Below the pieces are notes generated by a model that ran no database searches, was not told where the DNA came from, and saw nothing but the letters and a program-made list of their open reading frames with translations. Positions 13,498 to 23,819 of a stretch of DNA of 64,000 nt are shown in pieces; the stretch's first letter is position 1, and the number at the start of each line of letters is the position of its first letter. Source of the stretch: Tubiluchus corallicola (lineage: Eukaryota > Animalia > Priapulida). Location of the stretch: the NCBI GenBank assembly GCA_030141605.1, contig JAQGDQ010000009.1, positions 496,001-560,000 on the forward strand, given 5' to 3'. A program made the position numbers and the translations under genes.

Positions 13498-13854
13498 CAT
13501 GTGTGTGTATAAAAAAGATTTAAGTCATAAATAACTACAAATTTCTCTTGGGATTTGCTTGGATGATTCTTAGAAAACAAGCAAAATATCACGCTGGCAA
13601 AAATCACAAGTTGGTGGAAAAATTAACTTGTTTTGATTTAGACAAATTATTAAGTCAACAATCAGCAAGAAAACATATTGTCCAGTTATAACACTTGCCC
13701 ATGTCTTTGGACACAGATCCTCATAAATTTTTCTAAACTGTTTACACATTGATGCTTCTTCGTTATTTTCTTCTAGACACTTAAAAAATGCATCACGGGA
13801 ATCCCAGCACCTTTTTCGTTCAGCTTGGGTTGGTGGCTTTGAAGAATCACGCAT
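12870..13854 (-). CDS. COA6: Cytochrome c oxidase assembly factor 6 (CX9C-CX10C protein), 84 aa
   Basis: Coding exons 13854-13699 (MRDSSKPPTQAERKRCWDSRDAFFKCLEENNEEASMCKQFRKIYEDLCPKTW) and 12968-12870 (VEHFDRRRRYLQYKEKIETEGYEPITDSDNKT*). CX9C...CX10C spacing and the WVEHFDRRR segment fit COA6 (COX6B-like family). Donor is TGG|GCAAGT. An upstream acceptor at 13882-83 implies a 5'-UTR exon. Confidence 0.88.
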
Positions 13855-14572
13855 TGTAAATTACAGTATTGACAGGAAACCCTGAAAGCAAAAAACGCAA
13901 TTTGTATTTTTGGAAATTTACATCCAGTTTTTGAAAAAAAACGTACACATAGTGAAATTAATATATGTCTACATTATACATCATGTACATCTTCAAGTCC
14001 AAATAAAATAAATCTCAAATCAGTAGTAACAATTTTCTTTGAAAAGTTTCGCATACTGCAGTCAGAATTCAACACTCAGAGGCATTAGAATAGCTCAGCA
14101 CTTCTTTATTATTAAGATATATGAAACTTCATGCAATCAGCACAATTTAGGTACGATTTCTGTGTGCAATTTTTAAACAAATTATTGGCGTTTTACTAGG
14201 GAACAAAATCAGGTATGCATGATCTTTGCGAGACCACTTTTCATTGGTGACTCGAACATCTTTAAAACTGAAATCGAAACTATTGAAATTTAGTTTTTAC
14301 TTTCAGTATGCGTCTTGTTACCTGCAACTTTCTCAGTTTTTTATCGTGCAGCACGCCATAAATTTTGTCGCAAGATGGGGGATCTTTACCTTATTTTCAC
14401 TTTTTGACAGTGTGAGAATCGTGATTTCAAAATTGTTTCAACACTTATTCAAACTCAGAGAAAGCTGATACAGACAACTTAAAAGCACAAGAAAACCCTA
14501 CGCTTACATAAAGCTTAAAAAATTCGCCTTGAAATTTTATACCACTTACATACTACCTTTTCGTATACATAG

Positions 14573-14906
14573 CTTGCATCGACTGTAACACTGTATAAAA
14601 CGTGTAAATTTAGACTCCCGCAATGACCGTTAGGTACAGCCATTTTGACCAGTAGGTCATTTGAAACAAGTTCTGATAACATTAAGTAAAGCTTGAAAAA
14701 ATTGTCAGAGCATTCGTAGCATACATGTTGCTAATTAATCAAAATTTTAAATTACTATATCTTGTCAATAAGTTTTAAGATGAAAACAAATGAAAATTCC
14801 TTTCAACGCGAATGCGATATGTGCATAAAATTGCTGTAAAGTAGTATAATTTTTTAAGGTGATTTTTGTGAAACCTACTTCAGGTGCCCCCTTTCTTGTC
14901 CTTTAA
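14573..14906 (+). repeat. Direct repeat copy 1 (COA6-proximal) of the segment also at 23820-24379
   Basis: Colinear with 23820-24379 from CTTGCATCGACTGTAACACT to CAGGTGCCCC..CCTTTAA, with scattered substitutions. It lacks the ~255-bp block present in copy 2. Confidence 0.9.
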
Positions 14907-15004
14907 GAGAAAGTTTGCCCTTAAGGAGCAGAGTCTACTTAGTACATAGTGTGTTTGACTTAGTATTATGCAATTGTCTTGCTAACTGACTCTGCTGGTT
15001 TTTT

Positions 15005-16840
15005 CTAATTGTGATCACACTGTTGTTATTGACATTATTGTTGAAGGAGTCTTTAAACCTGAAACTGGTAAATCCATATATTGTTTCTGGTCAGCTGATT
15101 GGAAAGCAATGCGACAGTATTTTAACTCTGTGAACTGGTTACATATCTTTACCAACGTGTCAATTAACGAGTGTTAGTGTGTGCACAAAAGTTGTTATTT
15201 GTATGCAATTCATAATTTCGTCCCTGGCAAAACTTTACAAGAAAATTGAAATTCCCATGGATGAATAAAGGCAACATTAAGAAACTGACAAATAAGAAGC
15301 AAAAACTTTGGCAGTTGTACAAGAACTACAATTTAAGCAGTGTGTATGATCAATATCACAGACTTGCCACTGAATTAGCAAACGAAGTACAAGCATTTAG
15401 AATTGAATATGAGCATAAACTTGCTAGTAATTTGGGCAAGAATGCAGAGAGGTTTTTAAGATATTCCAAGCATTTTTTCAAACCAAAGATCATATCAGTT
15501 CCATTCAAACCATTCCAGTCCTGCAGATTTGGTGGTAGTAATCAATAATGAGTTTGCTAACGTATATTCCCACGAGCCAACTAATGTTTCTGTTCCTCCT
15601 CCACAGTCTGATTACTGCCGGCAAGCTGTCAGTGTTTTAAGCGTCACAGTGAATAACTCATGCAAGAGACTAGTCTCACTGAGCCCCTTCAAGTCATCTG
15701 AGCCAGGCAATATCAAGAATATTGTACTAAAGAAATGGCAGCTAGCATGCCCATTAAACTTGATGTTTAAAAAGTCACATGATTGTGGAGCACTACCTCA
15801 TGATTGAAACTCAGGTCATATCTCTGCCTGATATCTTTAACATCCGTTGTGGTGAAAGTATTCGAAAACATAATCTGGAGTTCGCTCATTCCTTTTTTAT
15901 TGAGCAATGGTCATAACTGAGCAAACCAGCATTGGTCACTGCCTGGTATATCTACTGCCACAAACCTATCACAGTGTTTGAATGATTGGACAAAGGCATT
16001 TGATGATCCTTGTCTTTCAGGTATTGCCATACTGTACATCGATTTCATCCGTACATTTGACTCAGTCCCATTCAATCGGTTGTTGCTTAAGCTGGAGTAC
16101 ACTGGTGTTTGAGTTGGCTTTTAAGATGTGTCACCTGTGTCACCATTTTCAAAAAGTTGTGTTAGCTGGAAATTCGTCTGGATGGACACGTATAGAAAGT
16201 GGTATCCTACAAGGACCTCTTTTGGGACCATACTGTTTCTTAAATTTAGCATGATTTCAGATAGAAGCTGTGGGTCTGAAATTAATCAGCCAATTGGAGT
16301 GAAAAATTTGGGTGTATGGATTTTGGGAGACTTAAAATGGAATAAGCATATAACTAAGATTGAAAAATCAGCAAACAGAGTCATAGGTTTGTTCTAATGG
16401 GCTGTTCTGTCACGGTCATTTACAGTTATAGTCCCTCTTTATAAAACATTGACTCGGCCAAAGCTTCAATATGCAACAGTTGCCTGGTCACCGCATTACA
16501 TCACCCTAATTAACCAGCTTCAGCGGATTAAGAGTCGTTGCCTTCGAGTTATGATGGATGGACAAGCTGAAGATGTTACTACTCTGTATCAAAGACGCAA
16601 AACTACAGATTGTTTCAGAATTTTGTACGAGTTGACCATTTTGTGTAAAGATGACTTCTTCGTCTCGACTGATTGCCACTATGATCTACGTGGACATTTG
16701 ATGAAACTGTTTCAATGTTTCTATCGTACTAGCATAAGAGGTCACTTCTTCACTGAAAGAGTTATTCCCAGCTGGAATGCCTTGCCAGACGATGTGATTA
16801 GTGCCACAAATGTTAGTATTTTCAAAAGCAAATTGATGGC
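15005..16840 (+). mobile_element. Decayed, 5'-truncated CR1/L2-clade non-LTR retrotransposon (ORF2 reverse-transcriptase remnants)
   Basis: Motifs appear in order across shifting frames: ADWKAMR, PWMNK, EYEHKLA, KSSEPGNI, LACPLNLMFKKS, YIDFIRTFDSVP, SGILQGPLLGP, KNLGVWI..DLKWNKHI, RPKLQYATVAWSPH, LRGH.MKL, FFTERVIPSWNALP. Many stops and frameshifts; the YADD region appears deleted. Confidence 0.85.
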
Positions 16841-17626
16841 TCAGCATCAAGGCCATGTGGCCTGCTGAGTTATTAAGTATGAAAGGCAAATTGCAAGCTA
16901 AACATGCTTGCATATGTACACTTATGGTACTGTGCTGAGAACTGAGGACAACAAACAGAATCCGAAGTATTTTTCTCTTACTGTAGGTCACGATTCAAAA
17001 CAAGGACAATAATTTCACGTCTAGCAGTAGCAAGTGCAAAAACCCCATGAATATTTTCACATAATAAAAAATTCAATAGTTATGAATACAATTTTAATAC
17101 TTATAGTTTGTAAGAATTAGTATTTTGATGCTATTTTCATGTTAGTCGATGAGATGAATTAAGCCTGTCAGGGTAACTCTGCCAAGTAAAATCATTATTT
17201 TATCAAAATAGTATGACGTTAGAGAATAATGATAATAAATGCAGTGAAAAGATATAGAAAAAAGAAAATAATCACTAATGTAATATATAACGCCATAATT
17301 GCAACTGTTACAAAGAAAATATATTTTAAGAAACAGTTCAATAGAAAAAGTAAGAAGGTGAAGCATGAAAAAGCTACGAAAAGTCATGAAAGTGTAATAT
17401 TAATAATATTAATAACATGTTAATTTAATTTAGGACATAAATGAACACAGATACTTTAACGTATTTTTCACAGAAGAAATTCTTGAGCCTCTATATTTTT
17501 TCCATTGAGCAGTTCACAGCTCAATGGATAGTCCAGATTTCACACCTGCTTGGCAACGCTCTAAAAATGTAAAAATGATATAATTAATATAATTAAGCCG
17601 GAGCCAGGTGCATGTGTATGCAGCTG

Positions 17627-17832
17627 CGCCAGTATACATGCGTGTTGTTAGTTTTATCAACTTTACCCCTTTTGCAAAGTTGCTCTTTTGTTTTCAACTT
17701 CTTTGTTTTCCCGGTTGCGCTCATCTTTCTAGTTACAACCTCGTTGCTTTGCGAGTTATAATAAAGTTGTTAAATTTATTCTTGTCGTCTTGGTGTTTGA
17801 GACAAAGCTGGTACATTCTTTAATTAACGGCG
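17627..17832 (+). repeat. 5' LTR
   Basis: 205/206 identical to 23387-23592; contains AATAAA (17760-17765). Confidence 0.93.
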
Positions 17833-17858
17833 TGGTGGCTGCCGGTGTGATTACGAAC
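17833..17858 (+). promoter_or_regulatory. Putative primer-binding site (imperfect tRNA-Leu-like)
   Basis: TGGTGGCTGCCGGTGTGATTACGAAC immediately follows the 5' LTR. Its reverse complement resembles a tRNA 3' end (GTTCG..ATC.CACCG..GCCACCA) with mismatches. Confidence 0.55.
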
Positions 17859-18034
17859 TACGTACTCAGAAAAGCCAGTGGACCTTATAATTGGTTTGTC
17901 GAGAGTGTACATGCATCTGTCTAAATCCAACCAGTCAGCTTATTCCATAGCTGTAAAGACGTAAGAATTCAAATTTATCAGCGCAATTTTCGAAAGAACT
18001 AGTATTAATAAACACCCTCAATTTGTGTTAGAAT

Positions 18035-21000
18035 ATGGCCACTACTCGTGCTCCAGAACAGTGGTGTCTGACAAAACAAGAGACAATTACATCATTTGAA
18101 GCATGGCGCCAAAATTTGCAATACACTCTATCGCTAGATCAGAATTTTGCAGAATTTTTAGTTGAAGGTGCGACCTGGCATAAGAAAACAAATGCAGCAC
18201 CTTTACGAGGTCTGCAAGATGATGATGAAAATGTTCCCATTGCAAACCGCCGAACAGCCGCACAAAAGACCACTCATCTGGACTTAATGCTGCGACAGAT
18301 TGCCAACTATTGTCCGATTATTTCTAGAAATTCCATTGTCAAAAACTCAACATCATTGACTAGTATATGGCAAACAATTAGACAGCACTTCGGATTCCAA
18401 ACAACAGGTGGTCATTTTTTGGATTTTAATAATATTCATATGCAGCCAGACGAACGTCCAGAAGATCTTTTCCAGCGTTTAAATAGTTTCATTGAGGATA
18501 ACCTCTTACGCGCTGCAGGTGGTATACAGCATCACAGTGAGAATCCAATTAGTGATGAGGAAATTACACCTACCTTAGAGAACCTAATCATTCTGACTTG
18601 GCTTCGACTTTTACATCCTGGGCTACCCAGCTTAGTCAAGCAAAAGTACGGTACAGAGCTAAGATCAAAACACTTGCCTCACTGAAGCCAGAAATTTCAT
18701 TGGCACTAGATTCTTTGCTAGAGGAACTTCAGGCATCAGCCGATGCTAAAGTGTTACGCACAGCCTTCCAACAGTTTCCAGCTTATTCCAAATGCAAACA
18801 GCCGTTGATTCGGAAAAAGCAACCGCGTCGTTCAACAAAAATTTGCCCGTTATGCAAACAAGCGGGTCGTGCTAAATTTCAACATTTTCTCAGTACGTGC
18901 CAGTACCTACCAGAGGAAGATAAGGAATATTTCGCCAGAGCCCGTCAGACCATCAGCTTTGAGGAAGACTACAGTCAAGACAGTGCAGATAGTTGTCATA
19001 ACATTGACACAACAGAGCCTGACGCCGGTGACGATGATGAGTGTGCTTCCCATAATCTCCGTTGTGTGTCTACCGCACATCGAGTCAGCACAAAACAATC
19101 TCCTCATTTGAAAGTTTTCTACAAACATCATCCAATCTACATAACCCTAGACACGGGTGCTGAAACCAGCATGATCAAAGAAGCTATTGCCCATCTAATC
19201 GGTGTTCCTATTCAGCAAACTACACAGTCCGCTTTGCAAGCTGATGGGGTTACACCATTGGACATCATAGGTGAAACACGCATAACTATTACTCGAAATG
19301 CTCACAATCTCTGTTTAGAAGCCCTAGTAGTGCGTAATTTGGATGTTGATATCTTGACTGGAACTCCTTTCCTCATAGCTAACGATATCTCAGTTCGTCC
19401 CGCTCGGAAAGAAGTTTGCATAAAAGGCTCAGACGCTGCTAAATATGATATTCCCCCTGCCAACACCTCCAAAAGTAGTATTTGCTATGCCCATGTTCTG
19501 CGTGCACCCTCAACTCCTACTATGATTTGGCCTGGCGAGTACTTAGAGTTATCAGTCCCCTCTTCTGTGGACCCTGACAGCCCTTTTGCCATAGAGCCTC
19601 ATACCGACTATGCCAAAACCACCTCACTATGGCCTTAACCTGACATAATTGAAGCTGTAGCAGGAAAAATCCGCATACCAAATATTTCTTCTGATCCACT
19701 TACAATACCCAAACACGCACACATTTGCAAGACCTATTCGGTAACTAGTTCCAAACTTACTACTAATAGCCAGGATTCCCAAAACCTACCCCAGGCTCAA
19801 ATGCATAACGCCAAGCAGAACCCACCAGTTCGTTACTCAGATGCCGTCACTGTTGACCCAGATAACATCCTAAGCCCGCAATCTCGTGCCAACTTCAAGA
19901 AGCTACTACAAGACTATGATGGCATTTTTAGCCCCAATATCAGTGGATACAATGGTGCTGCTGGCAAGTTCGCATCCAAAGTCAATATGGGTCCCGTACA
20001 GCCCCCACAGCGCAAGGGCAGAGTACCTCAATACTCACGAGATAAACTCATAGAGCTGCAAGCAAAGTTTGATGAGCTTGAAGCACAGGGTGTAGTCCGT
20101 CGCCCTGAAGATGTTAATGTTACTGTCGAATACCTAAACCCCTCATTCTTAGTCAAAAAGCGCAGAGGTGGTCATCGTCTTGTAACAGCCTTTTCAGATG
20201 TTGGCAGATATAGCAAGCCCCAGCCATCTTTAATGCCTGATGCCAACACTATCCTACAAACTATCGCCCGTTGGCGTTACATCATTGTATCTGACCTAAC
20301 TAATGCTTTCTATCAGATTCCATTAGAACATTCTTCTATGAAATATTGTGGGGTAGCTACTCCATTCCGTGGCATCAGAGTGTACACCAGATGTGCCATG
20401 GGCATGCCTGGTTCTGAAACGGCACTAGAAGAATTAATGTATTGGATCCTCGGTGACTCTCTCCAAGATGGCTTTGTTTCTAAATTAGCAGATGACCTCT
20501 ATTGTGGAGGTGATACCCCTGAAGAACTCTTGGACAATTGGCATCGGGTTTTTGACACTCTTCACAAGTCTAACATCCACTTATCTCCCACAAAGACTAT
20601 CATCTGTCCAAAGTCAACCACCATACTAGGATGGATCTGGACACAAGGCAACATTGCCGCTAGCCCTCACCGCATAGCCACCTTATCAACATGCCCTGCA
20701 CCAGATACAGTCCATGGTCTTCGATCATTTATTGGTGCATATAAAGTACTTGGACGTGTCTTACCTGGCTGTTCCCTTGTGTTAGCCCCTCTAGAGGATG
20801 CCATCGCAGGACTGCAGTCACGTGACAAGCTGCAGTGGACCGATGAATTACACCACCATTTTGCCGCTGCCCAAAAGGCTCTATCTATGCACAAATCCAT
20901 AATTTTACCAGTACCTTCAGATCAGCTGTGGATAGTAACTGATGGATCTGTCACTAAAAGGGGAATTGGTGCTACTTTGTATGTTACCCGCAATTCCAAA

Positions 21001-22925
21001 TTATTTCTTGCCGGATTCTTCAGTGCCAAGTTACGCAAACACCAGGTTACATGGTTACCTTGTGAGGTAGAAGCCTTGTGCATTGCTGCTGCTGTCAAAC
21101 ATTTTAGTCCTTTTATTATACAGTCGACGTCTCACCCCTGCGTACTAACGGACAGCAAACCATGTGTTCAAGCTATAGAAAAGCTTTGTAGAGGCGAATT
21201 TTCCGCCAGTCCTCGTGTCACGTCATTTTTATCCACCGTAAGCCGCTATCAGGTAACTGTCCGGCACCTCTCAGGAAATGCGAATATTCCTTCGGATTTT
21301 GCAAGCAGAAATGCACCTGAGTGCAACGAACCACATTGTCAGATCTGCTCATTTATCATACAGACCGAAGATTCTGTTGTCCGTTCCGCCTCAGTGCAGG
21401 ACATCATCAATTGTACTGCTCCATTGCCCTTTACCACCAGATCAGCATGGAGGGACATCCAGTCTGGCTGTCCAGATTTGCGTCGCACTCATGCCCACCT
21501 TCGGCAAGGAACGCGTCCGTCAAAGAAATTCACTAACATCAAAGACGTTAAAAGGTACCTCAATTCCGCTACAATTGCTAAGGATGGCTTATTGGTTGTG
21601 CGTCGTCATGAGCCATTGCACCCTTCCATGGAGCTCATCGTGGTTCCACGTTCTGTTCTGGAAGGCCTTCTCACAGCTCTTCACATAAAGCTTAGTCACC
21701 CTACAAAGCATCAGCTTCAGCTCGTTGCCAGGCACCACTTCTTTGCTTTAGACATGTCAAAGTCCATTGATCGAGTTACTGACTCATGCCACATGTGCTC
21801 GTCTCTGAAAAAGTTTCCCCAAAGTCTTATTAGCCAGTCATCTGATTCTCCTCCCAATGCTGTTGGTCTGTCCTTTGCTGCGGACATTCTTAAATGTCAT
21901 CGCCAACTTATCCTAGTAGTGCGAGAAACATCCACTTCTTATACGAATGCATGCATCGTGCCAGATGAAAGAAGTGACACCTTTCGTGAAGCTCTTGCTT
22001 GCCTTTGCTTAGATCTTCACCCTCCAGATGGCCCTCCTGCAGTAGTCAGAGTGGATCCTGCTCCTGGCTTTCGTGCTCTTTCCAATGACAGCACTCTTCT
22101 GCAACTTAGTCCTTCTCTGGAAATTGGACGTATCAAAAATCCAAATAAGAACCCAGTTGCAGAGCGTGCGATCCAGGAATTGGTAGAAGAACTTTTGCGC
22201 CACGAACCTGGAGGCGGACCCGTATCCCATTTAGGTTTGTCTATGGCTCTTGCTCGCCTAAACTCTCGCATCCGCCATGGCGGTTTGTCCTCTCGGGAGT
22301 TATGGACACAGCGCGACCAGTTCTCTCATGATCAGCTACCCATTTCTGACAGAGATACTATCATATCCCAACACATGCAGCGCCAGGCCAATCACTCACA
22401 CAGCGAATCCTCTAAATGTCCCAGTAGACGAAATCCTAATCACCCTGTTATCAATATAGGAGACTTGGTCTACCTTTACTCAGATCGCGATAAATCCCAG
22501 GCACGCAGCAGGTATCTTGTCACTGGTATTGATGGGGAATGGCTCTTTATAAAAAAATTTACTGGTTCGCAAGTGCGTGTCTCATCTGTCTCATCTTCAA
22601 AGTAAAGCACTCTGAATGTTATTCAGTTCCGACCCACACAGACCATGACAAGTATCCTCCGCCTCTGTTAAAACATAGTTTCTGCGATGATGACGATGAC
22701 TCCGAGGCCGTGTCTGCCTTTCCAATTCCCCATCAGCCATTGATACCCACCACTCTTTCTTCACCCCCATCTGACAGCTATACAGACAAGGCATCTGCTG
22801 TCCCTCAGCAGTTGTTCCCGACTTGCGACACTTCAACCGAGCAATCTATCCCTCCAGCCACCGATTATTCTCATCCAAAACGCAGTCGTCGCCCCCCAAA
22901 ATATCTTGCTGACTACGTTACCTGA
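18035..22925 (+). pseudogene. Disrupted single gag-pol polyprotein of the LTR retrotransposon
   Basis: Gag ([23 protein letters not shown]; CX2CX9HX4C), protease LDTGAETS, RT (SDLTNAFYQIPL, MGMPGS, KLADDLY), RNase H (TDGS, EVEAL, TDSKP, SDFASRN), integrase (H-H-C-C, FAAD, VDPAPGF, NPVAE) and C-terminal RRPPKYLADYV. Lesions: 1-nt loss in the A-run 18667-70, in-frame TAA at 19636-38 (the 18598 and 19801 ORFs share a frame), and a frameshift at the short duplication 22578-22595. Confidence 0.9.
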
Positions 22926-23363
22926 ATTTTATCCTTTTTCTTCAGCATTTACATATCAAGTTGTAAGTGTGCCTTTTTGACTTTATAATGTAAGTTACAC
23001 ACAAATTTTGTATTGCGTTTTTGAGTAACATAATCTGATAATATTACCCTAAATCATTGACTTCATGCTAAGTTCTATTATAGTCGTGCTGTATTTCTTT
23101 GGTCATCTGTGTATTACCTCTTTCTATATGTAATACTGTGACAGCTATCGTTAATGCACTTATATTCGCATTACTGTATAAGCACATACTGTTTTCATGA
23201 TAAACAACGTATATTAATGTTGTGCACCGCACATCGTAGATTGCGATAATTCATAAATTACATTCTATATCGTTTGTATTGTAATTCTAGTTACAAGTTT
23301 CACCTTTTGTGTCATATTACATGTATACTAAATGTTGTTTGATTTTGTTTCTAGCCATCGGTT

Positions 23364-23383
23364 AAGAAAAAGGAAAAGAGAAG
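23364..23383 (+). promoter_or_regulatory. Polypurine tract
   Basis: AAGAAAAAGGAAAAGAGAAG ends 3 nt before the 3' LTR. Confidence 0.85.
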
Positions 23384-23386
23384 CCG

Positions 23387-23592
23387 CGCCAGTATACATG
23401 CGTGTTGTTAGTTTTATCAACTTTACCCCTTTTGCAAAGTTGCTCTTTTGTTTTCAACTTCTTTGTTTTCCCGGTTGCGCTCATCTTTCTAGTTACAACC
23501 TCGTTGCTTTGCGAGTTATAATAAAGTTGTTAAATTTATTCTTGTCGTCTTGGTGTTTGAGACAAAGCTGGTACATTCTTTAATTAATGGCG
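23387..23592 (+). repeat. 3' LTR
   Basis: 205/206 identical to the 5' LTR; followed by the CTG TSD. Confidence 0.93.
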
Positions 23593-23819
23593 CTGTGGAT
23601 TTTTGTTGAATTGGATGACCAAACAATAGCTAGCATCACTAGGCACCTCCCTAATTCAGGGAAATAATTCGGCATAGCAGTGAAAGGAACTGCTCATAGT
23701 GAGATTCCATATAAGCAGTCACACAACAGATCACTTGTCAGACTCAACATTGCTTCACATCAGTCGCCAATCACACGCCATGCCTATTCAGAGTCTCTAT
23801 TGCATATGTGCAAAGATCA

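Larger units (their letters stand above)
17627..23592 (+). mobile_element. Full-length Ty3/Gypsy-like LTR retrotransposon (Troyka-like termini), 5966 bp
   Basis: 206-bp LTRs (17627-17832, 23387-23592) are identical except at one base. Termini are CGCCA...(T/C)GGCG, with CTG duplicated at 17624-26 and 23593-95. TGG-initiated PBS at 17833, PPT at 23364-23383. Domain order gag-PR-RT-RNaseH-IN. Confidence 0.95.

Noticed and set aside
17608-17823. Identical small hydrophobic ORFs at 17608 and 23332
   Set aside because: They are the two LTRs translated; no evidence of coding function.
18660-18690. Programmed gag-pol ribosomal frameshift
   Set aside because: The shift falls inside gag, before the zinc knuckle, and has no X-XXY-YYZ heptamer. 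A 1-nt deletion explains it more simply.
22926-23363. env-like third ORF in the LTR element
   Set aside because: AT-rich with stops in all frames and too short.
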